Assembly (NCBI GenBank): GCA_944363915.1
Contig: CALVVR010000001.1
Coordinates: 1-63,292 of the forward strand
Reading direction: 5' to 3'
Length of the DNA stretch: 63,292 nt
Source of the DNA: an uncultured Bacilli bacterium
GTDB taxonomy: Bacteria; Bacillota_I; Bacilli_A; RF39; UBA660
Under the pieces are notes generated by a model. That model did not search any database and was not told the origin of the DNA. It was given only the letters and a program-made list of their open reading frames with translations. The position numbers and the translations under genes were made by a program. Shown here in pieces: positions 1 to 8,837 of this stretch (its first letter is position 1; each line of letters starts with the position of its first letter).

Positions 1-60
1 AAAAACTAGTGATAAATGAGTAATTGATAAGGATGGTCAAATCGAAAGATTTGACCTTTC
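1..60 (+). repeat. Copy A of a ~57-nt conserved intergenic element ending in a terminator-like hairpin
   Basis: Blocks AAAAACTAGTGATAA, ATTGATAAGG and TCAAAT..ATTTGA are shared with 12671..12727. A 9-bp stem GGTCAAATC/GATTTGACC (35..56) is followed by TTT. Confidence 0.6.
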
Positions 61-258
61 TTAATTATATTTGTAAATACCCGTAATAAGCATAATTCTA
101 GTTTTAAAGTGATAGAAGCTGCGATAACCAAAAGCAATTCTTTTAATACACTTGATAAGATTATTAACTCCTTCAATAACACCATTATTTAGATTGTATT
201 TAAAAGAATTAATAATATGATACGAGAATTTATTAAAAGTTTTTAAAGTATTTTTAAT
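61..258 (-). pseudogene. ISL3-family transposase, C-terminal fragment only
   Basis: The minus-strand translation is IKNTLKTFNKFSYHIINSFKYNLNNGVIEGVNNLIKCIKRIAFGYRSFYHFKTRIMLITGIYKYN*. It carries the ISL3 C-terminal signature NGxxEGxNNxIKxIKRxAFGYRxF. An in-frame stop lies immediately upstream and there is no intact N-terminal part. Sequence up to ~600 looks like further decayed remnant. Confidence 0.75.
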
Positions 259-723
259 CTATTCAGAAATAGCTTTGTTGCTTAGAAATAATAATTTTAG
301 TAAATAGTATAAACAATGAATCACACTTTGCCTAATATCTAGCAAGGTGTGTTTTGCATTTGCATAAAGCTATAATGTTTATCTTAACAATAACTACATC
401 AAATTAGAACGATACTTGCACAGATTTCTTCTGAAGTTATATTTATATTTTGTTTACCTAGTAGAATAGTAGTTTATATATTAAATTCAGCTTGTTTAAA
501 AAATCTAGGTAAATTATCGCTTTTTCTTTTACTTTTTGTATAATGTTTGTAGTGATTCAAGTTTTTGGATATAATTATTTCTTTTCAACTTAAAGCACTG
601 TTTTTATATATCAATTGTTTCACACCAATTGTATTGTTACATGAGAAAAATTAAAAATGCTATATTTTTCTTGAGTTTTGTTTATAATAGATGTATAATT
701 TAATTAGAAGAATAGGTGATAAT

Positions 724-1425
724 ATGGCTTATATTGATGTTAAAAATATTAGTAAAAGTTATAAAATGGGTGAAATAATTATTAAAGCTATTGAAAATAT
801 ATCTTTTGAAATAGAAAAAGGTGAATTAGTAGTTATTTTAGGTCCATCTGGTGCGGGAAAAACAACTGTTTTAAATATTTTAGGTGGTATGGATGTTGCT
901 GATAGTGGAACTATTGTAGTTGATGGTGAAGATATATCAAAATATAATAAAAAACAATTAACTAATTATCGGAGATATGATATTGGTTTTGTTTTTCAAT
1001 TTTATAATTTAGTTGGTAATTTGACTGCTTTGGAAAATGTTTCTTTAGCAAGTCAAATTTGTAAAAATCCAAAAGATAGTGAAGAAACATTAAAAAGTGT
1101 TGGTTTACAAGATCGAATGAATCATTTTCCAGCCCAACTATCCGGTGGTGAACAACAAAGAGTATCAATTGCTAGAGCTTTAGCTAAAAATCCTAAATTA
1201 TTATTATGTGATGAGCCAACTGGAGCTTTGGATTCTAAAACCGGTAAATTAATATTGGAATTATTACAAAAAACTTGTCACGATTCAGGGATGACAACAA
1301 TTATAATTACCCATAATGCCATTATTGCTGATATAGCCGATAAGGTTATTAAAATTAAAAATGGTCAAGTGGCTGATATAATTATTAATGAACATCCGAA
1401 ATTAGTTGAGGAGCTTGATTGGTAA
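724..1425 (+). CDS. ABC transporter ATP-binding protein (MacB/LolD/FtsE-like)
   Basis: Walker [10 protein letters not shown], signature LSGGEQQRV and Walker B LLLCDEPT are present. The ATG at 724 ([13 protein letters not shown]) is preferred over the track start at 691. Confidence 0.9.
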   Translation: MAYIDVKNISKSYKMGEIIIKAIENISFEIEKGELVVILGPSGAGKTTVLNILGGMDVADSGTIVVDGEDISKYNKKQLTNYRRYDIGFVFQFYNLVGNLTALENVSLASQICKNPKDSEETLKSVGLQDRMNHFPAQLSGGEQQRVSIARALAKNPKLLLCDEPTGALDSKTGKLILELLQKTCHDSGMTTIIITHNAIIADIADKVIKIKNGQVADIIINEHPKLVEELDW

Positions 1426-4400
1426 TGTTGATTTTTATTAATAGTTTTAGAAAAATAAAAAACTCATTAGGGCGTTTTTTATCTTTAATTTTTATTGTGG
1501 CTTTAGGTAGTGCTTTTTTCTCTGGAATTAGAGAAGCATCAATGGATATGATTAAAACTGTCGATGAATATTATGATAATACTAATTTAATGGATTATAA
1601 AATTGTTAGTACGATGGGATTAACTGAAGGTGATTTAAAGGCTATTGAGGAAGTAGCTGATAATTTAATTGTTGAACCATCTTATTCTTTTGATCTTATT
1701 TTAGATGGTGATGTTACAAGAATTCATGCAATTAATGAAAATATTAACAAAGTTAATTTAATTAGTGGTAATATGCCTAAAGATGGTGAATGTTTAGTCG
1801 AAGATGGAACTTATAATATTGGCGATAAAATAATAATTGAATCAGATAATTTAAAAACTAAGGAATATACTGTTTCAGGAACAGTAACTAGTTCATTATA
1901 TATTTACCGTACTAAAGGAATATCGACGGTTGGTGATGGTAAGTTAGACAAATACATTTTTATTCCTAAGGATAATTTTAATATTGAATATTATACAGAA
2001 ATATATATTATTGCTAAAGATGGAATTGAAAAAACAGCTTATTTAGAAGACTACAATGCGATTATCGATACTTTAGATGGCAAATTAAAAGAGTTAAAAC
2101 CCATTAGAGAAACGATTCGTTATGAAGAGATTTTAGCTGAAGCAATGGGAAAAATAAATGACGCTGAAGCAGAATTAAATGAAGAAAAATTAGAAAATGA
2201 AAAAAAATTTAGTGATGCTTTAAAAGAATTAGATGAAGGTAAAGAATCCATTAATAAAGCTTATCAAGAATGGCAAGAAGGGTATGATGAGTTACAGGAA
2301 ACTACTAAGGAAATGGAACGGACTTTTAATAATGCTAATGCTGAATTAGAAGAAGGAAAAAAGCAATTTATATCTACTTTAGATAAATATAATTTAAAAG
2401 AAGATGAATTAGAAATCAACTTAGAAACTTTAAATGAGCAAATTAATAATATTAATAGTTTGTTAGAAACATTAGATCCTAGTAGTTTAGAATATTTAAC
2501 TTATCAAGCCACATTAACCCAATTAAATGAAACTAAAACTAATTTGGAGCTTTTGATCGATACTAAAAATACTTTAGAATTGAGTGAACAAGAGTTAAAC
2601 AAAAATATGGATAAATGGGAAATAGAATTTGATAACGCGATTGGTGAATTAAATGATAATTATAAATTGATTGAAGAAAGAGAACAAGAATTAAATGAAG
2701 GCTATCAAGAATATGAAGAAAATTATCAAACATATTTAGAAGAAATAGCTAAAGCAGAACAAGAAATTACAGATGCTAAAGCAGAATTAAATAATCTTGA
2801 AAAACCAATTTGGTATTTAATGAGTCGCGAAGATAATTCTGGTTATACTAATTTTTATGAAAATGCTACAAAAGTAGATGCTATAGCTGCTGTTTTCCCT
2901 GTATTTTTTATGTTGGTCGTTTTTTTAATGAGCTTAAATACGATGACAAGAATGATCGAAGAAGAAAGAAACGAAATAGGAATCTATGTATCACTGGGAA
3001 TTAGTAAATTTAAAATCATTATTAGTTATTTATTTTATGTTTTGATTGCTACTTCAATTGGCTTAATAATAGGATTAAGTATTGGTTATGCTTATATTCC
3101 TCATATTATTTACAATATTTATCAATCAAATTATATTATTCCTAGCTTAAAGACTTATGCTGAAGTAATACCTTGTATTTCAATTATTTTAGTTACTTTA
3201 TCTTTGATGGTTATTGTTACTTTGATTACTATTTTAAAAGATTTTAAATATGTACCAGCTACTTTATTACGACCAGAACCACCTAAAAATGGTAAAAAAG
3301 TATTTTTAGAAAAACTAAAATTTATATGGAAAAGATTATCTTTTACTTGGAAAGTAACTATTAGAAATATGTTTCGCTATAAAAAAAGAATTATTATGAC
3401 TCTTTTAGGAATCTCTGGATGTACTGCCTTGTTGTTAACTGGTTTTGGCTTAAGAGATAGTGTTTCATCATTAGTATCTTTACAATATGATACAATTCAT
3501 TTATATGATTCGATGTTGATATTAAATGAAGAAGTAAATTCACCAAATGAAGATATAAACCAATTATTAAATGATAAAAATATTCATGATTTATTATATA
3601 CGCATATGGAAAGTTATGTTTTTGAAGCTGATGGTAAACGAATTGATACTTATTTAATGGCTTTTGAAAATTTGGATATTGTTAGTAAATATTTTAATTT
3701 GAAAGATTTAGAAGGTAATCCTTTAACTTTATCTGATAATGGCGTTATTATTACAGAAAAAATGGCGGAATCTTTAAATGCTAGAGTCGGAGAAGATATT
3801 CAAATTAGAAATAGTGAAAATGAACTGTTTATTTTAAGAGTTGTGGGAATTTGTGAGAATTATGTTAATAGTTATGTTTATATGACTAGTAATTATTATT
3901 ATAAATTATTTAACGAAGTAACATATAACACAATCATCACTGATGTTAATGATAATAACCATGAACAGTTAGCGACTGAATTATTAGATTCAGGATATTT
4001 TACTAATATTCAGTATACAGAAGATAGTCTAGATGTTTTTAATGATATTATTGATGGATTAAATAATATTATTTATTTAATTATCGCAGCATCTAGTTTA
4101 TTAGCGATTATTGTTTTATATAATTTAACGGCTATTAATATTAATGAAAGAAAAAGAGAAATAGCCACTTTAAAAGTATTAGGATTTAAAGATAAAGAAG
4201 TGTCAACTTATGTCTATCGGGAAACATTAATTTTAACTTCTATTGGTATTATTATTGGTTTATTTTTAGGAGTTATTTTGAATTCTTTTGTATTAACAAT
4301 TGCTGAAACTGATGAAATTTTATTTGTTAAAGATATCAAACCATTAAGTTTTGTCTATGCATTTATAATTATGATTTTCTTTACAGTATTAGTGCAATTT

Positions 4401-4460
4401 ATAACTCATTTTGTACTTAAAAAGATCGATATGATCGAATCTTTAAAATCAGTTGAGTAG
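1425..4460 (+). CDS. FtsX-family ABC permease with two FtsX modules and a long extracytoplasmic coiled-coil insert
   Basis: The ATG overlaps the ATPase stop (TAATG). TM bundles lie at ~aa 480-620 and ~aa 890-1010. A heptad-like E/K/N/L-rich segment spans ~aa 230-480. Confidence 0.8.
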   Translation: MLIFINSFRKIKNSLGRFLSLIFIVALGSAFFSGIREASMDMIKTVDEYYDNTNLMDYKIVSTMGLTEGDLKAIEEVADNLIVEPSYSFDLILDGDVTRIHAINENINKVNLISGNMPKDGECLVEDGTYNIGDKIIIESDNLKTKEYTVSGTVTSSLYIYRTKGISTVGDGKLDKYIFIPKDNFNIEYYTEIYIIAKDGIEKTAYLEDYNAIIDTLDGKLKELKPIRETIRYEEILAEAMGKINDAEAELNEEKLENEKKFSDALKELDEGKESINKAYQEWQEGYDELQETTKEMERTFNNANAELEEGKKQFISTLDKYNLKEDELEINLETLNEQINNINSLLETLDPSSLEYLTYQATLTQLNETKTNLELLIDTKNTLELSEQELNKNMDKWEIEFDNAIGELNDNYKLIEEREQELNEGYQEYEENYQTYLEEIAKAEQEITDAKAELNNLEKPIWYLMSREDNSGYTNFYENATKVDAIAAVFPVFFMLVVFLMSLNTMTRMIEEERNEIGIYVSLGISKFKIIISYLFYVLIATSIGLIIGLSIGYAYIPHIIYNIYQSNYIIPSLKTYAEVIPCISIILVTLSLMVIVTLITILKDFKYVPATLLRPEPPKNGKKVFLEKLKFIWKRLSFTWKVTIRNMFRYKKRIIMTLLGISGCTALLLTGFGLRDSVSSLVSLQYDTIHLYDSMLILNEEVNSPNEDINQLLNDKNIHDLLYTHMESYVFEADGKRIDTYLMAFENLDIVSKYFNLKDLEGNPLTLSDNGVIITEKMAESLNARVGEDIQIRNSENELFILRVVGICENYVNSYVYMTSNYYYKLFNEVTYNTIITDVNDNNHEQLATELLDSGYFTNIQYTEDSLDVFNDIIDGLNNIIYLIIAASSLLAIIVLYNLTAININERKREIATLKVLGFKDKEVSTYVYRETLILTSIGIIIGLFLGVILNSFVLTIAETDEILFVKDIKPLSFVYAFIIMIFFTVLVQFITHFVLKKIDMIESLKSVE

Positions 4461-4541
4461 TATTTTGTTATTAACAAAAAATAGCTTAATTGTTTTGTTA
4501 ATAATTTTGATTTATGGTATAATTATTTATAGGGTGATAAG

Positions 4542-5306
4542 ATGAAAAATGTAAATATTTTAAGAGCAAATGGAGTAAATATAGATAAAAGCTTAGAATT
4601 ATTCGGTGATATTGAAACTTATAATGAAACGTTAGCAACATTTTTAAGTGAAATCGATGAAAAAATAGCTAATATAAAAAAATATAAAGAAGTGGCTGAT
4701 ATGGCTAATTATGCAATATTAGTTCATTCTTTAAAGAGTGATGCGAAATACTTTGGCTTTGATAAACTAGCTGAGCTATCATACCAACACGAATTAGAAA
4801 GTAAAGCTAATAATATCTATTATATTTATGAGCATTTTGATGAATTAATGAATGAGATTTATCGGGTTTTAAATATCGTTAGAAGATATTTTGGTCAAGA
4901 ACCAATCAAAAGAGAAGTAACTAATTTATTTGTTAAAGATAAGGCTATCTTAGTGGTTGATGACTCTAATGTTATTAGCAGTTTTATTAAAAAAATTTTT
5001 AATGATGTTTATGATGTTATTATTGCTAAAGATGGTGTAGAAGCTTTAACAATTGTTCAAACTAATGGGCGAATTGTTGCAATGCTATTAGATTTAAATA
5101 TGCCTAATGTTAATGGGTTTCAAGTTTTAGAATATTTTGAAGCAAATAATTTATTTGATAAAATTCCTGTTTCAATTATTACGGGGTTAGGAAACGAAGA
5201 TTTTATCAAAAAAGCTCGTGAGTATCCAATTGTCGATGTTTTAAGAAAACCATTTAATGAAAGAGATATTAAAAATGTGGTCGAAAAAACGGTAAAAATT
5301 AACTAA
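4542..5306 (+). CDS. Hpt domain plus receiver (REC) domain fusion protein
   Basis: The N-terminal part has the Hpt motif HSLKSDAKYFGF. The C-terminal part has REC motifs ILVVDDS, LLDLNMPNVNG and LRKPF. No DNA-binding or enzymatic output domain is visible. Confidence 0.75.
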   Translation: MKNVNILRANGVNIDKSLELFGDIETYNETLATFLSEIDEKIANIKKYKEVADMANYAILVHSLKSDAKYFGFDKLAELSYQHELESKANNIYYIYEHFDELMNEIYRVLNIVRRYFGQEPIKREVTNLFVKDKAILVVDDSNVISSFIKKIFNDVYDVIIAKDGVEALTIVQTNGRIVAMLLDLNMPNVNGFQVLEYFEANNLFDKIPVSIITGLGNEDFIKKAREYPIVDVLRKPFNERDIKNVVEKTVKIN

Positions 5307-5310
5307 AAAA

Positions 5311-5341
5311 ATCTGCTGAATTTTAATCAGTAGATTTTTTT
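5311..5341. terminator. Bidirectional hairpin terminator between convergent genes
   Basis: The stem ATCTGCTGA...TCAGTAGAT has one G-U pair. It is flanked by an A-run upstream and a T-run downstream. Confidence 0.6.
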
Positions 5342-6233
5342 ATAATAAACTTTTTAGTTGCTTTTTACTTAATTTAGTTAATTTAGATACTAATTCAATA
5401 TTCATTCCTTCCGATAACATATTTTTAGCTACACTTAAAATACCCGCTTGTTTACCTTCGGCTAACCCAGCTTGTTTACCTTTTTTTTCACCTTCGATTA
5501 ATCCTTCTTGTTTGCCTTCAATTAACCCTTCTTCTTTACTTTGCCTCATTAAAGCTTCTTCATACATTTCTCTTTCTTCATCAGCTGTAAACCATTTGAA
5601 TAAACTATTATTTTCATTAACTTCATCGACTAACTTTTTATATCGCATAACTATATCACTCCTTTTTGCTAAATGGCTTAATTCTTCTTTTTCTAATCCT
5701 AACATGATAATGATTTCTTCACCTTGAGTAAACTTCTTTTTATTATTATAATATTTTTCAACATAAAAGTCGACATTAATATTATATATTTTGAAAATAT
5801 CGGTGGCTATTTGTTTATTTCTTATATTATATAATCCTAATTCTTCTTTATTGAAACTTTTATTCCCAAAATTAATATTTATTTGAATTGTTTTTTTATT
5901 AAGATCATATATTTTTTTACCTTTTTCAGCTTGGGATAGAACTGTTTTAAATAGATATAATAAATTACGAATTTTAATTAATTTATTAAAATTACTATTT
6001 AATTCAATATTGATATATTCTTGATTGGATTTAATTAATAAATCTAATTTTTGAACTCTTGTTTTAATATTTTCGGTTAAGAGGTTAGGATTTAAAATGA
6101 TAATTTCATCAATCTTTTTTTCTAATATAAATTCAATTAAGTTTTTTAAAATATTATTATCCATCAAAATGACATACATGAAAACTACTTCATGTTTAGC
6201 GGTATAATATTTTATGGGTATAAATTCTTTCAT
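5340..6233 (-). CDS. PD-(D/E)XK nuclease family 'transposase' / Rpn-like recombination-promoting nuclease
   Basis: The core VQKLDLLIKSNQEYINIELN fits the D...E-x-K/Q nuclease pattern of this family. The C-terminal repeats EGLIEGKQEGLIEGEKKGKQAGLAEGKQAG followed by AKNMLSEGMNIELVSKLTKLS are typical of the family tail. Confidence 0.6.
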   Translation of the reverse strand: MKEFIPIKYYTAKHEVVFMYVILMDNNILKNLIEFILEKKIDEIIILNPNLLTENIKTRVQKLDLLIKSNQEYINIELNSNFNKLIKIRNLLYLFKTVLSQAEKGKKIYDLNKKTIQININFGNKSFNKEELGLYNIRNKQIATDIFKIYNINVDFYVEKYYNNKKKFTQGEEIIIMLGLEKEELSHLAKRSDIVMRYKKLVDEVNENNSLFKWFTADEEREMYEEALMRQSKEEGLIEGKQEGLIEGEKKGKQAGLAEGKQAGILSVAKNMLSEGMNIELVSKLTKLSKKQLKSLL

Positions 6234-6407
6234 ACATTACCTCCTCATTAGTTATATTAGACAAAAGTTAATCATTTCCTTTTTATTTTTGAAAAAAAAT
6301 TATTGTTTTTTAACTTGTTATTATCATATTTTTTTATTTTATGTTTTGTTTGGCTAAATTAATTTACATTTTTCTTTATTTTTGGTATGATTATTAAGGT
6401 GGTTATT

Positions 6408-7133
6408 ATGTTGTATAGTTCCATTAACAACAACAAAATAAAAGATTTAAAAAAATTACAAACTAAAAAGTATCGTGATAAAAAAGGATTGTTTTTAGTT
6501 GAGGGAAAACATTTGGTTTTAGAAGCTTATAAAAAAAATTATTTAAAAGAATTATTTTTAGAAGAAAATGAATTTTTACCACTTGATGTTATGACTAACT
6601 ATATGACTAATAATGTCAAAAATTATTTAAGTGAGTTAGATAATCCAACTGGTATTATTGGAGTTTGTTATCGGAAAGAAGGAACCGTTAAAGGTGATAA
6701 AATAGTTTTTTTAGACAGTATTCAAGATCCGGGGAATTTAGGCACAATTATAAGAAGCTGCGTAGCTTTTAATGTGGATACTTTAATATTAAGTAAGGAT
6801 TGTGTTGATTTATATAATTCTAAAGTTATTAGAGCGAGTCAAGGGATGATATTTCATTCAAATATTGCTATTTCAGATGCTCATGAAATAATACCTAAAC
6901 TAAAAGATGCGGGATATAAAATATATGGAACTAAAGTAACACATGGTAAAAGTTTAAAAACTGTTGAAAAAAATAATAAATTTGTTATAATAATGGGCAA
7001 TGAAGGGAATGGCATTAGTGAAATTAGTGATGAATTGTGCGATGAATTTATCTATATTGATATGAATCCAAATTGTGAAAGTTTAAATGTTGGAGTGGCG
7101 ACAAGTATTATTTTATATGAATTAGATAAGTAG
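6408..7133 (+). CDS. TrmH/SpoU-family RNA 2'-O-methyltransferase
   Basis: Motifs IQDPGNLGTIIRS, IMGNEGNGIS and SLNVGVATSIILYE are present. An RBS AAGGTGG precedes the ATG at 6408. Confidence 0.85.
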   Translation: MLYSSINNNKIKDLKKLQTKKYRDKKGLFLVEGKHLVLEAYKKNYLKELFLEENEFLPLDVMTNYMTNNVKNYLSELDNPTGIIGVCYRKEGTVKGDKIVFLDSIQDPGNLGTIIRSCVAFNVDTLILSKDCVDLYNSKVIRASQGMIFHSNIAISDAHEIIPKLKDAGYKIYGTKVTHGKSLKTVEKNNKFVIIMGNEGNGISEISDELCDEFIYIDMNPNCESLNVGVATSIILYELDK

Positions 7134-7141
7134 GGATTTTT

Positions 7142-7627
7142 ATGGTATATGTAGGAGAAATTGTAAATACACATGGGATTAAAGGTGAATTAAGGATTGT
7201 TTCTGATTTTAAGTATAAAGATAGTGTTTTTGTTAAAGGAAAAAAACTTTATTTAGGAAAAAGAAAACAGGAAGTAGTTATTAAAACTTATCGTACTCAT
7301 AAAAATTATGATATGGTGAGCTTTGAAGATGTTAACGACATAAATGAAGCGATAATTTTTAAGAATGATGATGTTTATGTTAAAAGGGAAGATTTGAATA
7401 TCGATGGCTATGTTGATGAAGATATTATTGGTCTAAAAGTTTATGCAAACGACGAAATGATTGGAAAAGTAGCTAATATTTTAAAGAATAAACAAGAAAT
7501 TTTAGTCATTAAAAACAAAACAAAAACTTATATGATTCCAAATGTTTCAGAGTTTGTTAAGCATATTGATTTAGAAAATAAAAGAATGGATATAGAGCTA
7601 ATAGAAGGTTTGTTAGATGAAAATTGA
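7142..7627 (+). CDS. rimM: 16S rRNA processing protein RimM
   Basis: The N-terminal motif [15 protein letters not shown] is present. Size and position directly upstream of trmD fit. Confidence 0.85.
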   Translation: MVYVGEIVNTHGIKGELRIVSDFKYKDSVFVKGKKLYLGKRKQEVVIKTYRTHKNYDMVSFEDVNDINEAIIFKNDDVYVKREDLNIDGYVDEDIIGLKVYANDEMIGKVANILKNKQEILVIKNKTKTYMIPNVSEFVKHIDLENKRMDIELIEGLLDEN

Positions 7628-8285
7628 TATTTTAACGCTTTTTCCTCATATGTTTGATAACTTTCTATCTGAATCGATACTTGGTCGAGCCATCAATAAT
7701 CATCAAGTAATAATAAATATTCATAATATACGTGATTATTCAACTGATCCTCATAAAAAGGTTGATGATTATCCTTTTGGTGGAGGAAGAGGAATGGTGT
7801 TAATGCCACAACCAGTTTTTGATGCAGTAGATGCTTTAAAAACACCAGATTCTTTTATTATCTTAATGACACCGCAAGGCGAAGTTTTCAAGCAAAAAAA
7901 AGCATATGAATTGAGTTTGAAAAAACATTTGATAATTATTTGTGGTCATTATGAAGGCTTTGATGAAAGAATTAGAATATTGGCTGATTTGGAACTTTCA
8001 ATTGGTGATTATATATTGACTGGCGGTGAATTAGCTAGTCAAGTGGTTACTGATAGTATTGTGAGGTTAATTGATGGTGTCATTACAAAAGAATCACATT
8101 TAAATGATTCATTTAATAATGATTTATTAGATTATCCAGTTTATACTAGACCTAGTGATTATAAAGGAATGAAAGTGCCAGATGTTTTGTTATCTGGACA
8201 TCATCAAAATATCGAAAAGTGGCGACATGAACAAAGTATTGAAAGAACGAAAAAACGTCGTCCAGATCTATTAGGAGATGATTAA
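7617..8285 (+). CDS. trmD: tRNA (guanine37-N1)-methyltransferase TrmD
   Basis: [23 protein letters not shown] and [10 protein letters not shown] are present. The gene overlaps the rimM end. Confidence 0.95.
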   Translation: MKIDILTLFPHMFDNFLSESILGRAINNHQVIINIHNIRDYSTDPHKKVDDYPFGGGRGMVLMPQPVFDAVDALKTPDSFIILMTPQGEVFKQKKAYELSLKKHLIIICGHYEGFDERIRILADLELSIGDYILTGGELASQVVTDSIVRLIDGVITKESHLNDSFNNDLLDYPVYTRPSDYKGMKVPDVLLSGHHQNIEKWRHEQSIERTKKRRPDLLGDD

Positions 8286-8735
8286 ATGAAACAATATTTA
8301 ATATCAAAAGAAAAATATAATGGTGAGATTGTTTATGTTAATTATGATAAGTTAAAAGGTTATAAATTCACTCCTAAAAATAATTTTCCTTATGATGGAA
8401 TTAAAGTTAATGAAATGATTATTATTAAACCTTCTTTTGTTGAAAAAATAATTAAAAGGAAAATTAAGAATCGTTTAGATTTTTATTTAAAATTAATTAT
8501 TGATAATTTAGATGGTACTGATGATAGTGATGATACAAGAAAAGCTTTAGGCGATTTAGAAAGATACCGCAAAGTTATAAATGAACGTTATTCAATTTAT
8601 TTAGATGAAAAATATATGGACTTATTAAATAAAAAAATGGATGTTATTGAACGAGAATTGAAGAATAATTTGTTTTATAAAGATTATATTGAGCAAGAAC
8701 AAACTTTGGACAATGAGCATCGTAAAGGTCGCTAA
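8286..8735 (+). CDS. Hypothetical protein (149 aa) in the position normally held by rplS
   Basis: The ATG directly abuts the trmD stop (TAAATG). The protein is charged with no recognisable motif and is not L19-like. Confidence 0.5.
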   Translation: MKQYLISKEKYNGEIVYVNYDKLKGYKFTPKNNFPYDGIKVNEMIIIKPSFVEKIIKRKIKNRLDFYLKLIIDNLDGTDDSDDTRKALGDLERYRKVINERYSIYLDEKYMDLLNKKMDVIERELKNNLFYKDYIEQEQTLDNEHRKGR

Positions 8736-8740
8736 TTAAT

Positions 8741-8772
8741 AAGTTAGTTTCATTTGTGAAATTAACTTTTTT
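8741..8772 (+). terminator. Rho-independent terminator of the rimM-trmD-hypothetical unit
   Basis: The stem AGTTAGTTTCA/TGAAATTAACT has one G-U pair and is followed by a T-run. Confidence 0.6.
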
Positions 8773-8775
8773 TGT

Positions 8776-8804
8776 ATTTACATTTTTTTAAAAATAAGTT
8801 ATAA
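8776..8804 (+). promoter_or_regulatory. Sigma-A-like promoter for the large Cys-rich protein gene
   Basis: TTTACA, a 17-nt spacer, then TATAAT, about 35 nt upstream of the RBS AAAGGTGG. Confidence 0.5.
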
Positions 8805-8837
8805 TTGTTATAAGAAATATAATAAAGGTGGTTATAT

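Noticed and set aside
5340-6233. The PD-(D/E)XK 'transposase' as an active insertion sequence.
   Set aside because: I could not find terminal inverted repeats or target duplications around it. This family is usually domesticated or non-mobile.
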